Of a DNA stretch of 64,000 nt, positions 19,336 through 27,249 are shown piece after piece. How positions within the stretch are numbered: the first letter of the stretch is position 1; each line of letters begins with the position of its first letter. The notes below the pieces were generated by a model. It had not been told where the DNA came from. It ran no database searches and worked only from the letters and a program-made list of their open reading frames with translations. This DNA is from Spirochaetes bacterium GWE1_32_154 (lineage in GTDB: Bacteria; Spirochaetota; GWE2-31-10): assembly GCA_001829315.1 (NCBI GenBank), contig MIAY01000001.1, positions 136,927 through 200,926 on the forward strand. The letters are read 5' to 3'. Position numbers and translations under genes: made by a program.

Positions 19336-19638
19336 TTATTTATATTGCTTAATTAAATCATTAATTGTTTTTTCTTCTTTAACCATAATAACTTCAATAT
19401 TTCTATCTTTAATAGTATCTTTAGCCTTTGGCCCGAAATCAATAGTAATAATTCGGTTAACTTCATTTTTGATTAATGCCTGTGCAGTATTTATACCGGC
19501 ACCTCCGGGAAGTTTTGCATTTTCTCTATTATCTAAAATCTCGACAATACCTGATTCATCAAAAATCGCAAAATACTCTGCTCTTCCAAATACATTAGAA
19601 ATTGAAATTTTATCATTAGTCGGTATAGCTGTTTTCAT
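19336..19638 (-). CDS. NifX/NifB-like dinitrogenase FeMo-cofactor-binding domain protein
   Basis: 100 aa. KTAIPTNDKISISNVFGRAEYFAIFDESG...PGGAGINTAQALI is a family-typical pattern. Confidence 0.6.
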   Translation of the reverse strand: MKTAIPTNDKISISNVFGRAEYFAIFDESGIVEILDNRENAKLPGGAGINTAQALIKNEVNRIITIDFGPKAKDTIKDRNIEVIMVKEEKTINDLIKQYK

Positions 19639-19682
19639 TATTACATCCTTATTTTTTTAAATTCTTCATTAAAATTCTGCTT

Positions 19683-20552
19683 CTATATTTTTGCGATCAC
19701 ATTAAACATCCTGATAATATCTCCACTAATCGTATTATTTGCTATGTCCGTGATAAATTTCTTAGCATTTAATAGATCATAAAAATCCTTTTTGTACGGA
19801 ATCGACCCTAAATATTCAATATTTGAATTATTTACAAGATCATTTATCTCATTTTCAATTTCCTGATCAACACCGGCTTTATTTATAATCAAATAACGCT
19901 TTAGTTTTTTATCTTTAACCAGTTCGATTAGTTTTCTCGCATCAGAAAAACCGGCATTCGTAGCTTCTACTACTACAACCAGAACATCAGCACCTGTTAA
20001 AGTAGCAATAACGGGACAACCAATACCCGGCGGGGCATCAAGCACTATCATTTCTGCTTTAGTATTATTGGCATATTGTAATGCCAGACTTTTTAATTCC
20101 ACAATAAGTTTGCCTGAATTATCCTCTCCGGGAAAAAGCCTTGCATGAAAAAAACCTGAATCCTCAAAAACCTTAGAATCATACAAATCACCACAATAAT
20201 TACTTGTTTCTCCTATTGCATTCATCCTGCAAGCGTCAACACATGCTCCACAACCCTCACAAAGAAAACCATTAATCTCATACTGAAAATTAATACTTTT
20301 AACTGCATTAAATTGACATACATTTGCACAAACGCCACAGTTAAAACAGGATTCTTTATTTATTGAATATTTATATCCGCTATAAAAAGGAACACTTTTA
20401 TTTAATCTGCTATCAAGTGTAATATAACAATTTGATGCATCAACATCACAATCAATCATGACTGAATCTTTCGAAAACTCTCTAAAAAATGCAGTAGAAA
20501 TACTTGTTTTTCCGGCTCCACCTTTACCGCTTGCAAAAACTACTTTTTTCAT
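19683..20552 (-). CDS. MinD-superfamily P-loop ATPase with inserted 4Fe-4S ferredoxin domain (COG1149-like)
   Basis: Walker A ASGKGGAGKT and two CxxCxxCxxxC motifs (CFNCGVCANVC and CEGCGACVDAC). Likely start is MKKVVFASGKGG. Confidence 0.7.
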   Translation of the reverse strand: MKKVVFASGKGGAGKTSISTAFFREFSKDSVMIDCDVDASNCYITLDSRLNKSVPFYSGYKYSINKESCFNCGVCANVCQFNAVKSINFQYEINGFLCEGCGACVDACRMNAIGETSNYCGDLYDSKVFEDSGFFHARLFPGEDNSGKLIVELKSLALQYANNTKAEMIVLDAPPGIGCPVIATLTGADVLVVVVEATNAGFSDARKLIELVKDKKLKRYLIINKAGVDQEIENEINDLVNNSNIEYLGSIPYKKDFYDLLNAKKFITDIANNTISGDIIRMFNVIAKI

Positions 20553-21400
20553 TGAGCACCTCCGGTAATGTGGGAAACCGCTTTTTCTAAACAATCAGCC
20601 ACTTCAGAAAGTTCAAGAATATTATTCCCTTTAGAATAATGAGAATGAATCTTATCTGAAAATGGAATACATCCACCAACTGCTACATTATTTTCATTAC
20701 ACCATTTCATAACAGGTGAATTTTCAGGAACATATTTATTAATAAGTACCCAATAATCAAGTTTCATATCCCTTACAACTGAAAATGCAAGCTGGAAATC
20801 ATTAAACCCATATAGACTATCTTCTGCAACAAGAATAACAAGATCAACAGAAGAAACAGCAGCAACCATAGGACATGTAGTACCGGGAGGTGAATCATAT
20901 AACACATATGTGTTTTCAGATTTTTCAGAAAGTTTTTTAACCTCGTTAATGAGATTTTTGGTTCTAATATCACCAATACGCAACTGCCCCTCAAAAAACG
21001 ATCTTCCTTTGACATCATACACTGAAATCTCACCATAATCGATCTTTCTTGTTGTCAATGCACCGGTTTTACATACATTAACACACCGTAAACATGATTT
21101 ACAAAGTTCTTCAAAAATTGTAATAGCATCATCAAAAAATGAAATTGCTTTAAAATTACACGCAGTCTCACATTTCTTACATCCGGTACACTTTTCCTTA
21201 ATAAATGAAGGAATAAATACTGAAGTCGTAATTTTGTCTGTTATTTTTTTATTGTTAATATAAATTCCGGCATCAGGACATTCAACATCCAAATCTGCAA
21301 TGGTAACGTTCTCAGTTTTAGAAAGCATTTTAAATAAACCTGTGGTTACCATAGTTTTTCCACTTCCACCTTTACCACTAACAACTGCAATCTTTTTCAT
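20549..21400 (-). CDS. MinD-superfamily P-loop ATPase with inserted 4Fe-4S ferredoxin domain (paralogue)
   Basis: Walker A VSGKGGSGKT and motifs CTGCKKCETAC and CKSCLRCVNVC. Likely start MKKIAVV, with a GAGGGG RBS 4 nt upstream. Confidence 0.7.
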   Translation of the reverse strand: MKKIAVVSGKGGSGKTMVTTGLFKMLSKTENVTIADLDVECPDAGIYINNKKITDKITTSVFIPSFIKEKCTGCKKCETACNFKAISFFDDAITIFEELCKSCLRCVNVCKTGALTTRKIDYGEISVYDVKGRSFFEGQLRIGDIRTKNLINEVKKLSEKSENTYVLYDSPPGTTCPMVAAVSSVDLVILVAEDSLYGFNDFQLAFSVVRDMKLDYWVLINKYVPENSPVMKWCNENNVAVGGCIPFSDKIHSHYSKGNNILELSEVADCLEKAVSHITGGAQ

Positions 21401-21417
21401 GTAACCCCTCATATTCA

Positions 21418-21444
21418 GGGTTGCTTTAAATATTAAAGCAACCC
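21418..21444. repeat. Perfect 12-bp stem / 3-nt loop hairpin between operon genes (no T-tract)
   Basis: gggttgctttaa-ata-ttaaagcaaccc. Lies between the DUF5320 gene stop and the next gene's RBS. Confidence 0.6.
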
Positions 21445-21454
21445 ATTTACATTA

Positions 21455-21715
21455 TTAAACACCAGCCAATCGATCTTCTACTTCTTTAAGTCTTGCAGCA
21501 AAAAAATCTCTTTGACTTTTTAAGAAATCAGGAGTATTATCTTTCTGATTTTGATTTTCTGCGGATGATGATAAAGTTTCGCCGCTTGCCCATCTTCCGC
21601 AAATTCCTTTGCCCATTCCTCCTCGACCAAAAGTCTTTGGTGAATAGCATAACCCCATTTTTCTTCCTGTTCCTGCACCACCATTTTGTGGTCCTTGTCC
21701 ATTTAGACCTGCCAT
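21455..21715 (-). CDS. DUF5320-like glycine-rich small protein with C-terminal coiled coil
   Basis: 86 aa, MAGLNGQGPQNGGAGTGRKMGLCYSP...GRGGMGKGICGRW followed by a helical tail. An AGGAGG RBS lies 7 nt upstream of the ATG. Two opposite-strand or offset ORFs in the track at this locus have no RBS. Confidence 0.5.
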   Translation of the reverse strand: MAGLNGQGPQNGGAGTGRKMGLCYSPKTFGRGGMGKGICGRWASGETLSSSAENQNQKDNTPDFLKSQRDFFAARLKEVEDRLAGV

Positions 21716-21739
21716 ACATGTACCTCCTTTTTTATAAAT

Positions 21740-22492
21740 TTAACACCAATGTAATTCACCACTGCAGTGCAATGGTTTTATCTTCGTAACACCAAGTTCT
21801 TTCAATTCATTAAGAACAAATGATTTAACCTCATCAATTTCTTTAGAAAGATGAAAACCGCCGGTCACCAAATTTATTTTCATACCGGGAAACAGATCTT
21901 TCGCCGTTGAAACAATATTTGAAATTCCATTATGAGCACAACCAGTAATAATATTAATCATTTTATCTTTAATAACTACGATAAATAATTCATCAGAAAA
22001 TGTATCCATTTCCTTAACACCATTTTTTTCAACAAATAAATTTTTAAAATGAGTATCTTTTTCATTGTGGATATTAATATCCGTTACTACAAATACATCT
22101 GGAACAATTTCTGTCAGTTTATTAATAACCATACTTCGATTGTCCACAAGCAATTTATCCCATCTTACGCCTATTTCATTCGTAGCATTCCATCGTTTAC
22201 TGAATAAACCGTCTTTGTATACAACTTTCGCTTTTTTATTTATTTCAAGAAATCGTGGAATACCACCGGTATGATCGTAATGACCATGACTCAGAATTGC
22301 AAAATCAACATCATCAAGTTTAACATTAAGCGTTTCAGCATTTTTAACAAAAAGATCAGACTGCCCCGCATCAAATAATATTTTATAATTATTAGCTTCA
22401 ATTAGTAGCGACAAACCATGTTCGGCTACTAAACCTTCACCGGTTATTTGATTATCCATAAGAGTTGTTATTTTAAATAATTCCATATTCAC
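21740..22492 (-). CDS. MBL-fold metallo-hydrolase
   Basis: HxHxDH motif (SHGHYDHTGG) and a downstream His motif. 250 aa. Confidence 0.6.
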   Translation of the reverse strand: MNMELFKITTLMDNQITGEGLVAEHGLSLLIEANNYKILFDAGQSDLFVKNAETLNVKLDDVDFAILSHGHYDHTGGIPRFLEINKKAKVVYKDGLFSKRWNATNEIGVRWDKLLVDNRSMVINKLTEIVPDVFVVTDINIHNEKDTHFKNLFVEKNGVKEMDTFSDELFIVVIKDKMINIITGCAHNGISNIVSTAKDLFPGMKINLVTGGFHLSKEIDEVKSFVLNELKELGVTKIKPLHCSGELHWC

Positions 22493-22494
22493 CT

Positions 22495-22860
22495 CTACAA
22501 TTTTTGTTTATCGCAATCCTCACACGATTCAGTACCTATCCTGCAACGATGGCATTTTCTTCTAAACTGAACATTTCCGCCTTCAATAATCAATTCTTTT
22601 CCATTAGTTATAACATCTGCAATTTTTTTGTGTGCCGATTCCAATAATCTAGTAAATACCGGTCTTGAAATACCCATACTTAATGAACCTTCGTCATGGG
22701 ACATATTTTCGTAATCAGCAAGTCTGATTGCTTCAAATTCGTCAATTGATAAAAAAATTGATTCTGTTTCTGAAGATTTTGAACCACCGGGTTTAAACCC
22801 TGAAAAGCGTGGCGGACTATCAATCATTCTACATTTTCTTGGTCTTCCCATTTTATTCAT
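22495..22860 (-). CDS. DUF134 (UPF0251) family predicted DNA-binding protein
   Basis: N-terminal GRPRKCR motif and an HTH-like segment (EFEAIRLADYENMSHDEGSLSMGISRPVFTRLL). C-terminal Cys cluster (CHRCRIGTESCEDC). Confidence 0.55.
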   Translation of the reverse strand: MNKMGRPRKCRMIDSPPRFSGFKPGGSKSSETESIFLSIDEFEAIRLADYENMSHDEGSLSMGISRPVFTRLLESAHKKIADVITNGKELIIEGGNVQFRRKCHRCRIGTESCEDCDKQKL

Positions 22861-22892
22861 ACTTTTGCACCTTCGTTCATATATACTATATA

Positions 22893-22908
22893 ACGAACTA
22901 TTGTTCGT
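22893..22908. promoter_or_regulatory. Perfect inverted repeat ACGAAC-TATT-GTTCGT in the promoter region of the DUF134 operon
   Basis: 33-48 nt upstream of the DUF134 start codon, adjacent to TATA-rich -10-like sequence. Confidence 0.35.
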
Positions 22909-22927
22909 AAGTCAAGAAAAATATAGT

Positions 22928-22966
22928 AAAAAAAACCGGCATTTGGTATCTGCCGGCATTTTTTTA
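22928..22966. terminator. Bidirectional rho-independent terminator (ccggca...tgccgg hairpin with A- and T-runs)
   Basis: Stem-loop followed by T8 on the plus strand and A8 on the minus strand. It serves the ADH gene ending at 22964. Confidence 0.6.
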
Positions 22967-24148
22967 TAAACTACTTTCTAATATTTTAAAAACAAATTCT
23001 CTCGTTAGAGAAACAGGATTTGTTATACTCGCTCCATCATCAAGAGCTTTATTAATAATTTCTTCAAACTGTGAACGATCAATTTTTAAATCACTTAGTG
23101 TTTCAGGTAAACCCGATATTACTTTTAATCGCTTCCGTATATTTATAATACTTTCAATTGCTTTTTCTGCACGTTTTTCAACAGGAGTTGACGAAAATAC
23201 CTCAGCACCTTCAAGCCAATACAATAATTCACTTGTAATTTCTTTCGTTGCAATTAAATTTGCCTTCATAACAGCCGGAAGTAAAACCGACATAATATCC
23301 CCATGAGCCACATGACAAACAGCTCCGGCAGCATGACCAATAGCATGAACACCTCCGACCATCGCATTTGAAAATGCACATCCGGCTAAATATGAACCAT
23401 TTGCAAGAGCAAGCCTTGAATATATATCTTTCGGATTTTTTATTACATTTTCAATATTACCAACTATCAACTCAATAGCAGTGAGTGCTTCAACACGTGA
23501 AAGAGGATTTGATTGTAAACTATACAAAGCTTCAATAGCGTGAGTTAATGCATCAAACCCTGTTGAAGCAGTTACTTTAGCCGGTAACGAAATTGTAGCC
23601 TCAGGATCAAGAACAGAAACAGTTGGTATAATTTTTTCAGTAATTATTTCAATCTTAATCTTTTTTATCGGGTCAGAAACAACAGCAACTTTTGTAGCCT
23701 CACTGCCGGTTCCAGAAGTTGTCGGGACTGCAATAAAAGGTTTTAGATTACCCGGAATATGATCCATACCCATAACAGATTCTACTTTTGTTGCACCGGT
23801 ACTAACCAGAAGATTTACCGATTTTGCACAATCAAGAACCGAACCTCCACCAACTGCAATAATTCCATCACATTCTGCACTTGTATATTGAATTGCAATT
23901 TGTTCCGCAATAGTAACAGGACTATCTGCCGGAATCTGATCGAACAAATCAAAGTCAGCAAATCCTGAAACTTTTAATGATTCGAGCATTTTTTTGAAAA
24001 ATGGTAATTTACACACAATCACATCAGTTACAATAATTGGTTTTGTTACCCCGGCCATTTTTAATTCATACGGGATGTGACTTAAAGCATCAACTCCCGA
24101 AATAACTCTTTTTCCTGTTGTATGTTCATAAAATTCAGGTATTTTCAT
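22964..24148 (-). CDS. Iron-containing alcohol dehydrogenase
   Basis: GGGSVLDCAK motif and conserved His cluster (HAIGHAAGAVCHVAHG). 394 aa. Confidence 0.8.
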   Translation of the reverse strand: MKIPEFYEHTTGKRVISGVDALSHIPYELKMAGVTKPIIVTDVIVCKLPFFKKMLESLKVSGFADFDLFDQIPADSPVTIAEQIAIQYTSAECDGIIAVGGGSVLDCAKSVNLLVSTGATKVESVMGMDHIPGNLKPFIAVPTTSGTGSEATKVAVVSDPIKKIKIEIITEKIIPTVSVLDPEATISLPAKVTASTGFDALTHAIEALYSLQSNPLSRVEALTAIELIVGNIENVIKNPKDIYSRLALANGSYLAGCAFSNAMVGGVHAIGHAAGAVCHVAHGDIMSVLLPAVMKANLIATKEITSELLYWLEGAEVFSSTPVEKRAEKAIESIINIRKRLKVISGLPETLSDLKIDRSQFEEIINKALDDGASITNPVSLTREFVFKILESSL

Positions 24149-24659
24149 AACTAACTCCCTTATTGAAACCCAATAAACTACTTATTACTGTTCCATAAAT
24201 CAAAATTTTTGAGACTTGCCGCACCGGTTTCATTGATAACAAACGCTTCATTATAAAATCAGGAAATAAATACGATTCAACCCTGTCCATAATCCTTAAA
24301 ATTGCTGCTGATAACATTAAATCGCCTTTATAATACAAACGATAGTTAAGATATGCTGTTTTCACACTATCAATACCCAATAATACTGCGTATGCTGCTT
24401 TAAGACTTTTAAATGAAATCAAAATATCAGGCTGAATTGTATGATCTTTCACTTTATGAAATGCCCCGTTTTTTTTTATAACACACGATGGTTTACCATC
24501 CATTACCGCAGAAAATCCCATTATGGTATTTTCCGGAAATCCTGATAATTCACGTTGAACAACTCTGTCATATTTTGATACAGCATCAATACCCTGACAT
24601 ACAATATCTAAAATCAATTGACTAAATACAGTACCCGCTTTATACAATAGCTTTTTCAT
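24135..24659 (-). CDS. Hypothetical protein (between ALDH and ADH genes)
   Basis: 174-aa ORF with no recognised motif. It overlaps the ADH start by 14 nt, suggesting an operon. Confidence 0.3.
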   Translation of the reverse strand: MKKLLYKAGTVFSQLILDIVCQGIDAVSKYDRVVQRELSGFPENTIMGFSAVMDGKPSCVIKKNGAFHKVKDHTIQPDILISFKSLKAAYAVLLGIDSVKTAYLNYRLYYKGDLMLSAAILRIMDRVESYLFPDFIMKRLLSMKPVRQVSKILIYGTVISSLLGFNKGVSYENT

Positions 24660-24662
24660 AAA

Positions 24663-26039
24663 CTACCCCATTATCATTTTTATTAATTTCAATGATATTT
24701 GCTTTCCCGGATAAGTAATACCTGGATCAAAAAATACAGGTTGCTTTAGAACTGATTTTTTATGTGAAAAATCATCAAACCCTGCTTTTCCATGATAACT
24801 TCCTGTTCCACTTTGACCAACACCACCAAACGGTAAATGACTTGATGCAACATGCAGTATCGTTGTATTAACACCGCCACCACCAAAAGAAACCCGTTCC
24901 ATGATTAATTTCTCAACATTTTTATCTTTCGTAAATAAATATAACGCGAGTGGTTTACTAAATGATCTAATAATTGATATCGCATCTTCAATTTTTTCAA
25001 AAGCAAGTATGGGTAATATCGGACCAAATATTTCATCCTGCATAACTACATCATCCAATGTAACATTTACCATTATAGTCGGAGCAATATATTTCTTATT
25101 AACATTCACCTTTCCGCCAAAAACAACTTTATTAGAATTTATCAACTTTTCTAATCGTGCAACATGCCGTTCATTAATTATCCTGCCAAAATCCTTACTT
25201 TCGTCAGGGTTTTCACCATAAAATTCTCTAATAACTTCTTGTAACTTTTTAAGAAAATCACTTTCAATTGATTTATCAACAAGAATATAATCCGGTGCAA
25301 CGCATGTTTGTCCTGCATTATTAAATTTTCCCCACACTATTTTTCGCGCAGCAAGTGTCAAATCCGCACTTTTATCAACAATAACCGGACTTTTACCGCC
25401 TAATTCAAGCGTAACCGGTGTCAAATTTTTTGCTGCTGCTGCCATAACAATCTTACCGACAGGAACACTTCCCGTAAAAAATATTTTATCAACCGGCAAT
25501 GATAAAAGTGCTGTCGTTTCATCAATACCACCATTAACTACAGCTACAAAATTATCAGAAAAAGACTCTTCTAAAATCGTCGTAACTATTTTTGCTGTCG
25601 CTTGAGAAACCTCAGACGGTTTAACAATCGCTGTATTACCAGCGGCAATTGCTGCAATTAAGGGAGCAATAACAAGTTGAAACGGGTAATTCCATGGAGC
25701 AATAATCAAACTTGTTCCATAAGGTTCATTATAAATAGTTCCGGAACCTGGCATAAGAAACATTTCAATTTTTGTTTTTTTTGGTTTTGCCCATTTTGCA
25801 ATATTTTTCATTAGATGTTTAATTTCAAGATAAATAATACCAATCTCATTGGTATATGCCTCAAATGATGATTTCCTAAGATCAATTTTTACCGCTTCCA
25901 GTATTTCATTCTCCCGTTTTTTGATAGCCATCAATAATGTCTGCAAAGCTTTTTTTCTAAAAGCAACAGGCAAAGTTGCACCGGTTCTAAAATAGTTACG
26001 TTGTTTTTCCAATAATAATTGATATTTATTCATTTCCAT
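24663..26039 (-). CDS. Aldehyde dehydrogenase family protein (NAD(P)+)
   Basis: ELGGKSP motif and catalytic Cys region (NAGQTCVAPDYILV). 458 aa. Confidence 0.8.
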   Translation of the reverse strand: MEMNKYQLLLEKQRNYFRTGATLPVAFRKKALQTLLMAIKKRENEILEAVKIDLRKSSFEAYTNEIGIIYLEIKHLMKNIAKWAKPKKTKIEMFLMPGSGTIYNEPYGTSLIIAPWNYPFQLVIAPLIAAIAAGNTAIVKPSEVSQATAKIVTTILEESFSDNFVAVVNGGIDETTALLSLPVDKIFFTGSVPVGKIVMAAAAKNLTPVTLELGGKSPVIVDKSADLTLAARKIVWGKFNNAGQTCVAPDYILVDKSIESDFLKKLQEVIREFYGENPDESKDFGRIINERHVARLEKLINSNKVVFGGKVNVNKKYIAPTIMVNVTLDDVVMQDEIFGPILPILAFEKIEDAISIIRSFSKPLALYLFTKDKNVEKLIMERVSFGGGGVNTTILHVASSHLPFGGVGQSGTGSYHGKAGFDDFSHKKSVLKQPVFFDPGITYPGKQISLKLIKMIMG

Positions 26040-26059
26040 AAAAATCCTCCTTTAGAATC

Positions 26060-26389
26060 TTAGCGAACGACACAATAGTTTTCAATAATAAATGTCATTT
26101 CTTTTAAAATCTTCAATGGTTTTGCAATTGTTAAATGACAAAAAATTTCTTTACCCCGTTTTTCCGTACTAATCAAACCAACCTGTCTCAATAATTTTAA
26201 ATGATGACTAACAGCAGTTCTTGATAAATTAATTCGCTGTGAAATTGCCGAAACATTCATTTCATCTACTTCAGATAACATAACGACAATTTGTTGCCTG
26301 TATGTATCCGAAACTATTTGAAAAAATGGAATTCCCTCATGAAGTACTTCAAGAAATCTGCTATTTGCTTCTTCTTTTGTCACGAACAC
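26060..26389 (-). CDS. ArsR/SmtB-family transcriptional regulator
   Basis: HTH VSAISQRINLSRTAVSHHLKLLRQVGLI. 109 aa. Confidence 0.7.
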   Translation of the reverse strand: MFVTKEEANSRFLEVLHEGIPFFQIVSDTYRQQIVVMLSEVDEMNVSAISQRINLSRTAVSHHLKLLRQVGLISTEKRGKEIFCHLTIAKPLKILKEMTFIIENYCVVR

Positions 26390-26482
26390 TCCTTTTAACT
26401 ATACGTTTAAACATATCAACATATTAATACATAAATTATAATAAGTCAAATATTTAATTAAAAAATTTAATTAAATTATTTT

Positions 26483-27139
26483 CTACAACTCATGCAGAAT
26501 ATTAATAAAACTTGCTGTATCATAAATTTCACCGCCACATACACCACGTGACGAATATAATGAAACATGATGAGTGTTTTCGTCATAATCAGCCTGGCAA
26601 TCTTCAATATGAATTATTGAAAAACCCCGCTCTGAAGCATCTCTTGCCGTTGTTTCAACACATTGACTAGTAGCAAGGCCCGTAAAAACAAGTGTTTTTA
26701 CTTTTAGTTTTTTCAGTAAACTATTAATATTTGTTTGAGTGAAAGGACTGAATGTTTTCTTATGAATGATAATATCATTTTCTGTTGGTTTTAACTCATC
26801 TACAACATCTGACATAGGTTCCGACTCTAAAGGATATACCGAAAGAAATCCCGATTTTAAAGCACTTCTGTGAGCATCTCTAAAAAAACGATGCAAATCG
26901 CCACGATTTTGTTTTGTTCCACATAGTTTTAAATATACTATAGGAATATTTTTTTCAACGAATAATTGTTTTAATCTAAAAATATTCGGGATTACAACTT
27001 CAAATGATCTTTTCATTATATAATCACAAGCTGAAGAATAATATGATTTTGAATATTTTGAAAAATCGGAAGTTTCATCCAGATAGTATTTTTGCATATC
27101 AACAATAATTAATGCTATTTTCTCTCTATTTCGTATCAT
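26483..27139 (-). CDS. Isochorismatase-family cysteine hydrolase
   Basis: IALIIVDMQKYY and the catalytic Cys region GLATSQCVETTARDA. Confidence 0.65.
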   Translation of the reverse strand: MIRNREKIALIIVDMQKYYLDETSDFSKYSKSYYSSACDYIMKRSFEVVIPNIFRLKQLFVEKNIPIVYLKLCGTKQNRGDLHRFFRDAHRSALKSGFLSVYPLESEPMSDVVDELKPTENDIIIHKKTFSPFTQTNINSLLKKLKVKTLVFTGLATSQCVETTARDASERGFSIIHIEDCQADYDENTHHVSLYSSRGVCGGEIYDTASFINILHEL

Positions 27140-27200
27140 TTTAACCTCACATTTTCAATTTATTTATTATACATTAAACAAAACTCTATATCAATTTTTC

Positions 27201-27237
27201 TCATTATGGTATAATTTTTTTTCTATTATACCATAAT
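27201..27237. promoter_or_regulatory. 14-bp perfect inverted repeat (cattatggtataat-N9-attataccataatg), each arm carrying an extended -10 (TGGTATAAT). Putative divergent promoters plus a shared operator.
   Basis: Read directly from sequence. It lies between divergent genes, the isochorismatase gene (start 27139, minus strand) and the PaaK-like gene (start 27250, plus strand). Confidence 0.5.
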
Positions 27238-27249
27238 GAAGGAAATGAT

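Noticed and set aside
20773-21036. 87-aa minus-strand ORF nested in the second MinD-ferredoxin gene
   Set aside because: It is in a different frame inside a well-supported coding region, and its translation is Leu-rich low complexity.
21493-21789. Alternative ORFs (98 aa plus strand; 60 aa and 60 aa minus strand) at the DUF5320 locus
   Set aside because: Only the 21455-21715 minus-strand frame has a canonical AGGAGG RBS and gives the glycine-rich DUF5320-like product. The others give basic or low-complexity peptides with no RBS.
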